Positions 26,204-35,007 of a DNA stretch of 53,249 bases are shown one piece after another. This DNA is from Deltaproteobacteria bacterium. Lineage in GTDB: Bacteria > Desulfobacterota > Binatia > UTPRO1. Both the position numbers and the translations under genes were made by a program. The notes beneath the pieces were generated by a model. It was not told where the DNA came from, ran no database searches, and worked only from the letters and a program-made list of their open reading frames with translations. Positions within the stretch are counted from its first letter, which is position 1. Every line of letters starts with the position of its first letter. The stretch lies in contig VBKW01000143.1 in NCBI GenBank assembly GCA_005879405.1, positions 1 to 53,249 of the forward strand, read 5' to 3'.

Positions 26204-26219
26204 AGCAAGCCATGTGCCC
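26204..26219 (-). promoter_or_regulatory. Sigma-54 promoter of fliL-fliM-fliN-fliOP-fliQ-fliR-flhB-flhA-flhF-flhG-fliA
   Basis: The - strand reads GGGCACATGGCTTGCT (GGCAC-N5-TTGCT). It lies 58 nt upstream of ATG 26145, in the 225-nt flgE-fliL gap. Confidence 0.7.
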
Positions 26220-26370
26220 GCGCACACGCGGATGCACCGGCCGCTTGCGACGGCGGAACGCCGCGGAAAGACGTGAGCGGACGCGCGCCGAAGGAGGTGC
26301 CCGACGCGTGCTCCAGGTCATCGCCCCGGAGCAAGCGTCAGGATTCTGGCGCCGCGCGGCCGCCGAGGGA

Positions 26371-27672
26371 CTACCGCACGATGTTGATCAAATCGTTCAG
26401 CAGCTGGTCGCTCGACGTGATCACGCGTGCGTTCGCCTGGAAGCTGCGTTGGGTGGAGATCAGGTCGATGAACTCCTGCGCGATCGAAACGTTCGACTGC
26501 TCGAGCGCGCCGGCGACGATGTTCCCGAGGCCGCCCGATTGCGGCGTGCCGATCGCCGGCGAGCCCGAGTCGACCGACTCGCGGTACATGCCGTTGCCTA
26601 TCGGCGTCAGCGCGTCCGGCGCGGTGAAGCTCGCCAGCGCCAATTGAAAGAGCGGCCGGCTCTGGCCGTTGTCGAAGATGCCGGTCACGACACCCGACTC
26701 GCTGAACTGGAGATTCAGCAGCTGCCCGGCGCCGAAGCCGTCCTGCGACTGAAAGCTCACCGCCGACGGGCCGGCGAACTGCGTGATGCCATCGATGCCT
26801 TGTCCGGGATTGTTCACCGGGTCGGTGTTCGCGGTCCCGAAGTTGAGCGTGATGTCCTGCGCGTTCGCGCCGTTGAAGTTGACGGTCGCCACGTCCGGCG
26901 TCGTCGGCGCGAGGAGAGAGCCGTCGGGGTTGAAGCTCAGGTGGCCGTTGCCGACGATCTGCAAGCTACCGGCCGTGCCGCCCACCTCGCCGGCATCGAC
27001 GCCCACCGAGTAGTCCCACTCGTTTGCCGCCGTCTTGGTGAAGAAGAAGTTCAGCGTGTGGCGCGCGCCGAGCGAGTCGAAGACGTTCATCGAGGTGGTG
27101 AAGTTCGAGGTCGCGAAGGCGCTATCGAAGTTCGTCGAGTCGAAGACGCCGCCGTTTACGAGCGGCGCGTCGGCCTGGAGGTTCGCCTTCATGCTGAGGA
27201 GCATCGTCGCGCGCGGCTGGCTGCTGGCGCCCGTCACCTGGACGTCCTGCGGGGCGCCGACCGGCGCGTTGCTGCTGTTGAGCGCGAAGCCTTGCACCGG
27301 CAGCCCTTGGAAGGTGACGAGCTTGCCGTTCGCGTCGAGGCGGAAGTTGCCCGCACGGGTGTAGAGATTGCCGGCGCCGGCGCCGACCACGAAGAAGCCG
27401 TTGCCCTCGATCGCGAGATCGGTCGGCCCGGCGGTACTCTCGATGTTGCCCTGCGTGAACGACGCGCTGACCTTGCCGATGCGGACGCCGAGGCCGATCT
27501 TGCCGGCGTCGCCGCCGCCGCCCTGCGCGGAGAGCAGGTCGGCGAACTCCGTGCGGCTCCCCTTGAAGCCGACGGTGTTGACGTTGGCGATGTTGTTGCC
27601 GATGACGCTCAGCGAAGCGCCGGTCGCGATGAGACCGCTGCGCGCAGTCGAGAGTGCTCCGAAAATGGCCAT
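26371..27672 (-). CDS. flgE: Flagellar hook protein FlgE
   Basis: N-terminus MAIFGALSTARSGLIATGASLSVIGNNIANVNTVGFKGSR. C-terminus EFIDLISTQRSFQANARVITSSDQLL. AAGGAG SD. Confidence 0.95.
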   Translation of the reverse strand: MAIFGALSTARSGLIATGASLSVIGNNIANVNTVGFKGSRTEFADLLSAQGGGGDAGKIGLGVRIGKVSASFTQGNIESTAGPTDLAIEGNGFFVVGAGAGNLYTRAGNFRLDANGKLVTFQGLPVQGFALNSSNAPVGAPQDVQVTGASSQPRATMLLSMKANLQADAPLVNGGVFDSTNFDSAFATSNFTTSMNVFDSLGARHTLNFFFTKTAANEWDYSVGVDAGEVGGTAGSLQIVGNGHLSFNPDGSLLAPTTPDVATVNFNGANAQDITLNFGTANTDPVNNPGQGIDGITQFAGPSAVSFQSQDGFGAGQLLNLQFSESGVVTGIFDNGQSRPLFQLALASFTAPDALTPIGNGMYRESVDSGSPAIGTPQSGGLGNIVAGALEQSNVSIAQEFIDLISTQRSFQANARVITSSDQLLNDLINIVR

Positions 27673-27713
27673 GGCTCGTCTCCTTCGTCCTTGTGCTGTG
27701 TCGTGATCTCGTC

Positions 27714-28433
27714 TCAGGTCCCGGCGGGCGGCTGCACCCGCACCTCGCGCACGTCGGTCACGGCGATGCGGCGGTCGCCGATCAGCAGGACCGGCGCATC
27801 GCCGGAGAGATCGACGCCGGTCACGACGCCGCCCCCCATCGTCGCGACCGGCGTCGCGTTACCGTTGCCGTCGCCGACGTAGAGCTGCACCGTGTACGTG
27901 CCGTCGGCGAGCTTCGGTACGCCCGCGAGCGTGCCGACCTCGAGCGTGTGCGGCCCCGCGTTCTGCGCGCCCAGGATCCCGTCGGCGATGGTGCCGCCGC
28001 TCGCGTCGAGGATCTTCGCCTCGACCGTGCCGCTCGTCGCAAGCGTGTAGTCGAGCGCGCTCGCGGCGCCGCTCTTCACGTCCACGGTGTTGCTCGCGCC
28101 GCGCACCTCCTTGCCGAGGAACCCTACCGCGTCGAGCTTGCCGACGGAGCTGCCGCCCGTATTGGCGTTCTTCAGCGTCTGGTTGATCTCGGTGAGCTGC
28201 TGCAAGCTCGAGAACTGCGCCAGCTGCGCGGAGAAGTTGGCGCTGTCGAGCGGGTTCAACGGATCTTGGTTCTGCAGCTGCGCCACGAGCAGCTGCATGA
28301 AGTCCGCTTGCGTGACAGTGTTCCCGTCTTTGCCGGTCGCTTTCGGCGTCGCGTCGGAGGACGCGGCGGCGCCGAGCAGGCTCGTCAGCGAGCTCACGGC
28401 GCTGAGCGCGGCGGATGCGGCGATCGGAATCAT
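27714..28433 (-). CDS. flgD: Flagellar hook capping/assembly protein FlgD
   Basis: Contains QADFMQLLVAQLQNQDPLNPLDSANFSAQLAQFSSLQQL. Confidence 0.9.
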   Translation of the reverse strand: MIPIAASAALSAVSSLTSLLGAAASSDATPKATGKDGNTVTQADFMQLLVAQLQNQDPLNPLDSANFSAQLAQFSSLQQLTEINQTLKNANTGGSSVGKLDAVGFLGKEVRGASNTVDVKSGAASALDYTLATSGTVEAKILDASGGTIADGILGAQNAGPHTLEVGTLAGVPKLADGTYTVQLYVGDGNGNATPVATMGGGVVTGVDLSGDAPVLLIGDRRIAVTDVREVRVQPPAGT

Positions 28434-28437
28434 CGGA

Positions 28438-30375
28438 TCAAACCCTCACGCTGAGATGGCCGGGGCCGGCCGTCGCCGGCGCATGGGTCGCGATGGCCGC
28501 GACCTGCTCGGGCGCGACCTCCGCCTCTCCCGCGGGTGCGGCGTCGCGGCGAAGCGCCATCGCGCCGTCGCGCGCCTCCGCGAACGCGCCGCTCGCGGAG
28601 CCGGAGCCGACGTCGACGGAGAAGCCGGCGAGGCGCAGCTCGCTGCGCTCCAGCGCCGCGTGCAGCAGGTGCTGCTCGCTGCGGAGGAGCGCGCGCGTCG
28701 AATCGTGCTCGGCGACGATCGCCGCGTGGATGCCGTCGTGCGCGAGTGTGATGCGGACGTCGATGTGGCCGAGGCCGGCGGGCTCGAGCCGGAGGCGCAT
28801 CTCGCCGCCGCCGCGGAGCGTCGCGACGCGCACCGACTCCACGACCCGTTCCGCCCACGGGCTGATCGTCGCGTCCGTGCTCGTGCTCGGCGGCGCGGCT
28901 GCGAGCGTTCGCGCGTCACGCACCTCGAGTGCCCCTCCCGCGTGGAACGCTCCGGGGGGGCCGAGACGATCGGTGCTCGCGGTATCGGGTGCAGTCTCGG
29001 GACTCACCGGCGGGCCCCCGTCGAGCGCGTCAGCGACTGTGCCAGCAATCGGCGTCGCGACGGGCCGCGGCGGCTCGCCATGCGATCGCACCGCGGTCGG
29101 CGACACCGCGTCGCCACTGCCCAACGTCGGCGCACGTCGTGCATCACCCTCGCTCGGCCGATCACCGGCGTCGTCGGTTGCGGCGGCGTCGCGCGCAGCG
29201 TCCCGCTCGGCCACGGCCGCGTGGCCGGTCAGTGGGGTGCGGCCTTGGGTCGGCGCGGGCCGATGCTTGGCACCCGCAGCAGCTGTCGGCGCCATCGCGT
29301 CGTCGCTCGCATGCAGAGCGCGCCCGGCGCCCGCGTCTGCGGCCGTCGATGCCAAAAGCGTGCGGCGCGTCGGCGTCAGCCGAGAACGCGCGGGCGTCGA
29401 CTGTGCCTCCTGCGGCGCCGACGATGCCGCGTCGACGCGAGCGGGCGCCGCGCCGTTCTCCCCTGAGCGGTCCTGGGCGTTGCCTGCTTGCGCGCCATGC
29501 GCCGTCGCGCCGGTCGCAATGTCTGTCCCGCGCACCGAAATTCCGTCGACGCTCGGCGACCCGGTCGACTCGCGCTGCACGTCCGGGACTGAAGGGATCG
29601 GCGACTCTGGAGGCGCCGTCCCGTCGCGCCCTGGGTCGCCGGCTACGCTCGGTGATGTAACGCCATCGTTGCGGACGACGCCCGTCTGCCGCGCGGCGCC
29701 GTCCTCGACGCCCGCTGCGGATCGGCGGCCCTGCAGATCCGCGGCGACGGTCGGATCGTCGTGGTGTACATCCGCAGCGACGGTCGGATCCTCCTGGTGT
29801 GCATCCGCAGCGACATCGAGAGATGTCCGTGCGCTCGTGCCCACGCCGCGACCGGCGTGTCGTGCGAGCGCCGCGACCGTCACGATCGGCGGCGGCGACC
29901 CCGCGGCGTCCGCAGAGACGGTCGGCGACGTCGTCACCTCTACGACCCGCGTAGCAACCTTCGCGGTTGGCCCCGAATGCCCTGCGTCGGTCGCGACCGG
30001 CGCTGCGGCGTCGGTTGGCACGGTCGGAGCGGTGCCGATGCTCGTCGCGCTGCGGACCCTCGGCTCCAACGCAGCGACGGGCGCCGTCGCGCCGGCGCTG
30101 CCCGCGCTGGCCCCGGCGTGCGATCCGCCAGTGGCTCGCGAGCGGTGTCTCGCCGGCCACGAGGACGATGCCGCACGCTCCTCTGCGGAGTCCTCGATCG
30201 CTCCGCGCCTCGTCACGCGCCCGTTCGCTCTGCGGTCGGGATGCTTATCCGTGACGTGCATCGTCGCGAGCGTCGTCGAGAAGTCGGACCCCGCGGGCGC
30301 GATCTCTTGGTGCGACCGGCTGTCTGCGTTCGGCGCGATCGACGGCGCGGTATCGGCTGCACGGACTGACGGCAT
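28438..30375 (-). CDS. fliK: Flagellar hook-length control protein FliK
   Basis: C-terminal Flg_hook-type domain (EMRLRLEPAGLGHIDVRITLAHDGIHAAIVAEHDSTRALL) after a long Ala/Pro/Thr-rich ruler. ATG 30375 preferred, because the track GTG 30405 abuts a sigma-54 promoter. Confidence 0.8.
   Translation of the reverse strand: MPSVRAADTAPSIAPNADSRSHQEIAPAGSDFSTTLATMHVTDKHPDRRANGRVTRRGAIEDSAEERAASSSWPARHRSRATGGSHAGASAGSAGATAPVAALEPRVRSATSIGTAPTVPTDAAAPVATDAGHSGPTAKVATRVVEVTTSPTVSADAAGSPPPIVTVAALARHAGRGVGTSARTSLDVAADAHQEDPTVAADVHHDDPTVAADLQGRRSAAGVEDGAARQTGVVRNDGVTSPSVAGDPGRDGTAPPESPIPSVPDVQRESTGSPSVDGISVRGTDIATGATAHGAQAGNAQDRSGENGAAPARVDAASSAPQEAQSTPARSRLTPTRRTLLASTAADAGAGRALHASDDAMAPTAAAGAKHRPAPTQGRTPLTGHAAVAERDAARDAAATDDAGDRPSEGDARRAPTLGSGDAVSPTAVRSHGEPPRPVATPIAGTVADALDGGPPVSPETAPDTASTDRLGPPGAFHAGGALEVRDARTLAAAPPSTSTDATISPWAERVVESVRVATLRGGGEMRLRLEPAGLGHIDVRITLAHDGIHAAIVAEHDSTRALLRSEQHLLHAALERSELRLAGFSVDVGSGSASGAFAEARDGAMALRRDAAPAGEAEVAPEQVAAIATHAPATAGPGHLSVRV
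29737..29814. repeat. 33-bp tandem repeat (about 2.4 copies) inside fliK
   Basis: Units at 29737..29769 and 29770..29802 differ at 4 of 33 positions, and a partial third unit follows. In frame, encoding ..DVAADAHQEDPTVAADVHHDDPTVAAD.. in the ruler region. Confidence 0.8.
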
Positions 30376-30388
30376 CGGCCGCGAGTGG

Positions 30389-30404
30389 AGCAAGGTGGGT
30401 GCCA
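30389..30404 (-). promoter_or_regulatory. Sigma-54 promoter in front of fliK-flgD-flgE
   Basis: The - strand reads TGGCACCCACCTTGCT, a perfect consensus. Only 13 nt separate it from ATG 30375, which implies a near-leaderless mRNA or a later start. Confidence 0.55.
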
Positions 30405-30455
30405 CGGCGACGCGGCCGCTCTCGTTGCCGTTTGTCGCGCCGTCGTGCGTACCGC

Positions 30456-30470
30456 CGGCACGAATCGCCG
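30456..30470. promoter_or_regulatory. Class A-like palindrome CGGCAcgaatCGCCG (one mismatch)
   Basis: Lies 51 nt upstream of the fliK sigma-54 promoter, the same offset as site 2244 has to promoter 2309. It is part of the longer inverted repeat CCGCCGGC-N7-GCCGGCGG. Confidence 0.35.
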
Positions 30471-30493
30471 GCGGCGTGGAAAGTTCTGCCTAG

Positions 30494-30646
30494 TCACAAT
30501 GGAACGAGGGCGATGCCGACGGCCGCGAACACCTCGATCTCCGCCTCCTGCCACAGCGGCTCGGAGTCGAGGAGGACGCCGTCCATGTCGAAGACGACGG
30601 CGCGGAGCTCGGGCCGCGGGTCGACGCCCGAGAGATCGCTCGGCAT
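30494..30646 (-). pseudogene. Remnant of a HAD-superfamily hydrolase gene (N-terminal ~50 codons only)
   Basis: Encodes MPSDLSGVDPRPELRAVVFDMDGVLLDSEPLWQEAEIEVFAAVGIALVPL* with HAD motif I DMDGVLLDS, then a stop. No continuation was found in the two frames checked downstream. Confidence 0.6.
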
Positions 30647-30749
30647 CGCGACCTTGTACCGGCTGGTGCCGACGACGGAAAGCGAGCGCGCGGCGCGCGC
30701 CACGCAGAGCGTGCGCGCGCAACGGCGGCGCCCGAGGTCGTGCATGATC

Positions 30750-31505
30750 TCAGCGCACCGGGCTCGTCGCCAATGCGCGCGTCAGCGCGATCGCCTTGTC
30801 CTTCGTCATGAGCGGCAGGATCTCGCCGATCTGCTTCTCCTTCATGCGGCCGAAGATGCCGAGGACCGTCGCTTCGTCGAGCCGCTCGAGGATCGGCGCC
30901 GCATCGGCCGGCTTCATCGTGCCGTATACCTTTGCCAGCGACTCGGCGGCGGCGTCGGCGGCGGCAGTCGCGGCCTTGGCTCGTCCTTGCAGGCGCTTTT
31001 CGATCTCCTCGAGGCTCGCGACCTTGGCGACGATGTCCTGCTCGAAGAGGCGCAGACGCTCCTCGCGCGCCGCAACGTCGCGCTCGCGGGTGTCGAGCTC
31101 CGCCTGGCGGCGCGTGATCGCTGCGAGAAGCTCCCGCGCCTGCGCCGGCTTCGCCGCGGGCTCGGCGTCCGTCCGCTCGACGCTCGCCAGTTGCCGCGGC
31201 GCGCCGCGCCCGCCGCTGTCGCCGTCGCTCGCCTGCGTCGCTGCGCGACCCGCCTTTCCAGCGCTCACGTCGGCGGCGGCGACCCTCACTGCGCTCGCGT
31301 CCCCGTCACGTGCCGCGCGCGTCTCGGCCGCGAGCGCCAACGCGGCGGAGACGCCGCCCGTGTACCACACCGCGATCGCCGCGACCTTCACGATCAACAC
31401 CACCGCCAGCCCGACCCGCAACGCACGACTGCCGCGGCGGCGTGCTGTCTTCGTCGTCTGCGCCTCGGCGGTCATTCGTCGCCTCCCCCGCTCCTCGTCC
31501 AACAT
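30750..31505 (-). CDS. YlxF/FlbA/MotE-like flagellar protein (N-terminal TM, coiled coil, MgtE_N-like C-terminus)
   Basis: TM LRVGLAVVLIVKVAAIAVWY, a coiled coil, then KPADAAPILERLDEATVLGIFGRMKEKQIGEILPLMTKDKAIAL. Sits between fliJ and fliK, as ylxF does in Bacillus. Start is 31505 or ATG 31475. Confidence 0.7.
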   Translation of the reverse strand: MLDEERGRRRMTAEAQTTKTARRRGSRALRVGLAVVLIVKVAAIAVWYTGGVSAALALAAETRAARDGDASAVRVAAADVSAGKAGRAATQASDGDSGGRGAPRQLASVERTDAEPAAKPAQARELLAAITRRQAELDTRERDVAAREERLRLFEQDIVAKVASLEEIEKRLQGRAKAATAAADAAAESLAKVYGTMKPADAAPILERLDEATVLGIFGRMKEKQIGEILPLMTKDKAIALTRALATSPVR

Positions 31506-31960
31506 CCGTCGCTCCTCGGCCGCATGCGGCCGTGTCCCAGGATCGCCAGCTCGTCGAGCAGGACGGCGGCGGCGCGCGACTCCTCCTCCTGCGTGCGCCG
31601 GCGCTGTGTCTCGACCAGACGCTCGAACCGTCGCTCTTCCCGCCGCTCCTCGTACAGCTCGGCGCGCTTCGTCACCGTCGCGGCCGCGAGGCGCTCCGCT
31701 TCGAGCGCCCAGCGCCGCTCCTCGTCGGCGAGCGCCGCGTCGTAGCGGCGCCCGACGTGAAACGCCTCCGGCGCGAGCAGACCCGCCGCGGCGGCGCGCG
31801 CCTCGTCCGCGGCGCGCTGATCACGCGCGTCATCGAGGATGCGGCGCCGGTCGGCGACGGCGGCGGCGCGCGACGCGAGCGCCTCGAGTTCGAGCTGGCG
31901 GAGCGTGCGAATCTGCGTGCGCAGGCGCAGCACGCGCACGAGCCGGGCCGACGTCGCCAT
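31472..31960 (-). CDS. fliJ: Flagellar export protein FliJ
   Basis: 162-aa coiled-coil protein (..RFERLVETQRRRTQEEESRAAAVLLDELA..). ATG 31960 overlaps the fliI stop (TGATG). Confidence 0.75.
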   Translation of the reverse strand: MATSARLVRVLRLRTQIRTLRQLELEALASRAAAVADRRRILDDARDQRAADEARAAAAGLLAPEAFHVGRRYDAALADEERRWALEAERLAAATVTKRAELYEERREERRFERLVETQRRRTQEEESRAAAVLLDELAILGHGRMRPRSDGCWTRSGGGDE

Positions 31961-33327
31961 CACGCCGCCCCCGCGAGCGTCGCGAGCGCAGCAATGCTGT
32001 CGCCGAGCGCCACGCGCTCGTCGAGACCTTGCCGCAGAAACGCGTTCACGGCGTCGATTTTCGCCACCGCCTCGTCGATGCGCGCGCTCGTTCCGGCTCG
32101 ATACGCGCCGATGCTGAGCAGGTCCTCGGCATCGCGGTGCGTGGCCAGCCAGGCGCGGACGCGGGTCGCGAGCGTGCGCTGCGCCGGCGACGCGAGGTCC
32201 GTCATCAAGCGGGAGACGCTCCGCAGCACGTCGATCGCCGGGTACTGACCCTGATGCGCCAGCGCGCGCGAGAGTACGATGTGACCGTCGAGCAGGCTGC
32301 GCGCGGTGTCGGCGACGGGCTCGTTCATGTCGTCGCCTTCGACGAGCACCGTGTAGAGGCCGGTCACGCTGCCGCGCTCGGTGGCGCCGGCGCGCTCGAC
32401 GAGGCGCGGCAACATCGCGAAGACCGACGGCGTGTAGCCGCGCGCCGACGGCGGCTCGCCGACGGAGAGGCCGACCTCGCGCTGCGCCATCGCGAGGCGT
32501 GTCAGCGAGTCCATCATCAGCATCACGTGGCGCCCCGTGTCGCGGAAGTACTCGGCGATCGCGGTCGCGAGAAACGCGCCCCGGATGCGGACGAGGGGCG
32601 GCTGGTCCGACGTCGCCGCGACGACGACGGAGCGGCGGAGGCCCTCGGGACCGAGGTCGCGCTCGATGAACTCGCGCACCTCGCGGCCGCGCTCGCCGAT
32701 CAGCGCGATCACGTTCACGTCCGCGCGCGTCGCGCGCGCGATCATGCCGAGCAGCGAGCTCTTGCCGACGCCGGACCCGGCGAAGATGCCGAGGCGCTGG
32801 CCGGTGCCGCAGGTGAGGAGCGCGTTGATCGCGCGGATGCCGACGTCGAGCGGCGTCCGGATGCGCGCCCGCGTGAGCGGGTTCAGCGGCGCGCCGTACA
32901 GCGGAATGTCGCGCTCCGACGTGATCGGCCGGCTGCCGTCGAGCGGTACGCCGACGCCGTCGAGCACGCGGCCGAGCAGGTCCGCGCCGGCGCCGAAGAC
33001 AGGCCGCTCGCGCACGACCACGATGCGGTTCCCGGGCTCGAGCCCGCCGACGTCGCCGAGCGGCATGAGGAGCACGCGATGCTCGCGGAAGCCCACCACC
33101 TCCGCCGGCACCGCGACGCCGTCGCGGCGCTCGATCGCACACACGCCGCCGATCGGCAGCCCGGGCCCGTTGCCCTCGATCACCAGGCCGACGACGTTCG
33201 TCACCCGCCCGATCATCCGCACCGGGTTCACGCGCTGCAGCTGGCGCGCGGCGCCGCGGAAGTCGAGGTCGGGGGTCGCGCGGTACGATGCGCTCACGGG
33301 GGTAGTGTCTTCGGCCGCCGCGGTCAC
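31960..33327 (-). CDS. fliI: Flagellum-specific ATPase FliI
   Basis: Walker A GSGVGKSSLLGM and Walker B HVMLMMDSLTR. F1-beta-like. Confidence 0.95.
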   Translation of the reverse strand: MTAAAEDTTPVSASYRATPDLDFRGAARQLQRVNPVRMIGRVTNVVGLVIEGNGPGLPIGGVCAIERRDGVAVPAEVVGFREHRVLLMPLGDVGGLEPGNRIVVVRERPVFGAGADLLGRVLDGVGVPLDGSRPITSERDIPLYGAPLNPLTRARIRTPLDVGIRAINALLTCGTGQRLGIFAGSGVGKSSLLGMIARATRADVNVIALIGERGREVREFIERDLGPEGLRRSVVVAATSDQPPLVRIRGAFLATAIAEYFRDTGRHVMLMMDSLTRLAMAQREVGLSVGEPPSARGYTPSVFAMLPRLVERAGATERGSVTGLYTVLVEGDDMNEPVADTARSLLDGHIVLSRALAHQGQYPAIDVLRSVSRLMTDLASPAQRTLATRVRAWLATHRDAEDLLSIGAYRAGTSARIDEAVAKIDAVNAFLRQGLDERVALGDSIAALATLAGAA

Positions 33328-33992
33328 GTGTCGCCGCCGGTCAGCGCCGCGCGAATGGCGCCCATCTGCCCGTCGACGCCGAGGTCGAGCTCGCCGTAGC
33401 GGCTCTCGACGACACAGCCGGTTTCGTCGAGCGCGACGTCCTCGACGAGATCGAGCTCCTTCACGTCCTCGAGCATGGCGCGCAGCCGCGGCAGCTCGTC
33501 GACGAGATAGCGATGCAACACGCTGCCGACGCGGATCCGGATGGTCTCGCGGTCGAGCGCGCCGAGTACCGCCTCGCGAATCATCGTCAGCCAGCGCTCC
33601 GGGTGCTCCGCGAGCTCGCGCTGCACCACCTTGCGCGCCACGCCGAGTGCCAGCTCGAGCAGCTCCTGCTCGTAGCGCGCGACGAGACGGCTGCGAAATT
33701 GCGCCACCTCCTCGACGGCGGTGGCAAAGCCTGCCGCGGCGCCGGCGAGCTCCGCCGCGGAGGCCGCTTTGCCGGCAGCGAAGCCGGCAGCGTAGCCCGC
33801 CTCGCGCGCCTCGACACGTGGGTCCGGCGGCTCCTCGGCCGCCGGTCGTGCGCCGTCGAGCGAGCGGCGCCCGTCGAAATCGGGAAACACGCTCGCGCCG
33901 CGTATCGTGCCGCTGATCCGCGGACCCGTGAGGGGCGCGAACTCACCGCCCACGCCGGGCACGCGTCGCGCCGCCGGATCAGACGAGGACAT
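33324..33992 (-). CDS. fliH: Flagellar assembly protein FliH
   Basis: C-terminal FliH/YscL-type region (LELALGVARKVVQRELAEHPERWLTMIREAV...RIRVGS). Lies between fliG and fliI with 4-nt and 14-nt overlaps. Confidence 0.8.
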   Translation of the reverse strand: MSSSDPAARRVPGVGGEFAPLTGPRISGTIRGASVFPDFDGRRSLDGARPAAEEPPDPRVEAREAGYAAGFAAGKAASAAELAGAAAGFATAVEEVAQFRSRLVARYEQELLELALGVARKVVQRELAEHPERWLTMIREAVLGALDRETIRIRVGSVLHRYLVDELPRLRAMLEDVKELDLVEDVALDETGCVVESRYGELDLGVDGQMGAIRAALTGGDT

Positions 33993-35007
33993 CGCCCTTC
34001 CCTTGCCCGGCGACGACGATCTTGCCCTCGGCCTCGAGCTCGCGCAGGACGGCGACGATCTTGAGCTGCGCCTCCTCGACGTCCTTCAGCCGCACCGGCC
34101 CCGACGACGCCATGTCCTCGCGCAGGATCTCGGCGGCGCGGCTCGACACGTTGGCGAAGATCTTCGCCGAGAGGTCCGGGCTCGCCGTCTTGAGCGCGAG
34201 CAGCAGGTCCTCGCGCGCGACTTCCTTCAGCAATGTCTGCAGGCTGCGATTGTCGAGCTTGATGCAATCCTCGAAGGTGAACATGAGGTTGCGAATGGTG
34301 CTCACGAGCTCGGGGTTGCGCGCCTCGATCTGCTCGAACACGCGCGCCTCGATCGTCTTGTCGGCCGAGTTCATCAGCTCGGCGACGACTCTGGGGCCGC
34401 CGCACGTGGCACCGGCCGGCCGCAGCAGCGCCTGTGCCTGTGCGCGCAGCGCCGTGCCGACCTCCTCGACGAGCGTCGCGGGGACGCTCGCGAGCCGCGC
34501 CAGCCGCTCGACGACGTCGCTCTGGAGATCCTCCGGAAGACACGCCAGCACCTCGCTCGCGTGCGCGGCGCCGAGATGCGCCAGCACGATGGTCGCGATC
34601 TGCGGATGCTCGGCGGCGAGCACACGCGCGAGCCCGGCCGCCGGCAGGTCGCCGAGGATCTTCGTGAGCGCGGCGCCGCCGGCGCTCTCCAGCTCGGCGA
34701 GCACCGCACCGCTCGCCGGCGTCGCGTCGCCGAGCGCTTTCGTCACCACGGTGCGCGCGAACTGCCGGCCGTCGACCGCGACCCCGCTCGCGTGCAGCCG
34801 CCGGCCGAACTCCTCGTGGACGCGCTCGAGCTGCTCTGGCTCGAGGGCGCGCACGCGCGCGAGCGCCTGCGACACCTGTCGTACCTCGGCCTCGCCGAGG
34901 TGGCGCAGCACCGACGTCGCCGCGTCGGGGCCGAGCGACAAGAGCAGCACCGCCGCCTTGTCGACCCCGGCGAGGGCCGGTGGCGCTACTCGGCTCCCGC
35001 TACCCAT
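33979..35007 (-). CDS. fliG: Flagellar motor switch protein FliG
   Basis: Contains GVDKAAVLLLSLGPDAATSVLRHLGEAEVRQV, EHPQIATIVLAHL and the MFxF motif IRNLMFTFEDCIKLD. ATG 35007. Confidence 0.95.
   Translation of the reverse strand: MGSGSRVAPPALAGVDKAAVLLLSLGPDAATSVLRHLGEAEVRQVSQALARVRALEPEQLERVHEEFGRRLHASGVAVDGRQFARTVVTKALGDATPASGAVLAELESAGGAALTKILGDLPAAGLARVLAAEHPQIATIVLAHLGAAHASEVLACLPEDLQSDVVERLARLASVPATLVEEVGTALRAQAQALLRPAGATCGGPRVVAELMNSADKTIEARVFEQIEARNPELVSTIRNLMFTFEDCIKLDNRSLQTLLKEVAREDLLLALKTASPDLSAKIFANVSSRAAEILREDMASSGPVRLKDVEEAQLKIVAVLRELEAEGKIVVAGQGKGDVLV

Noticed and set aside
30376-30405. GTG 30405 as the fliK start (track ORF start)
   Set aside because: The codon directly abuts the -24 element of the perfect sigma-54 promoter, so it would lie upstream of the transcription start. 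ATG 30375 or a later start is preferred.
33515-33529. Sigma-54-like element GGCAG-CGTG-TTGCA (- strand) inside fliH
   Set aside because: The spacer is one base too short, and the element is intragenic.
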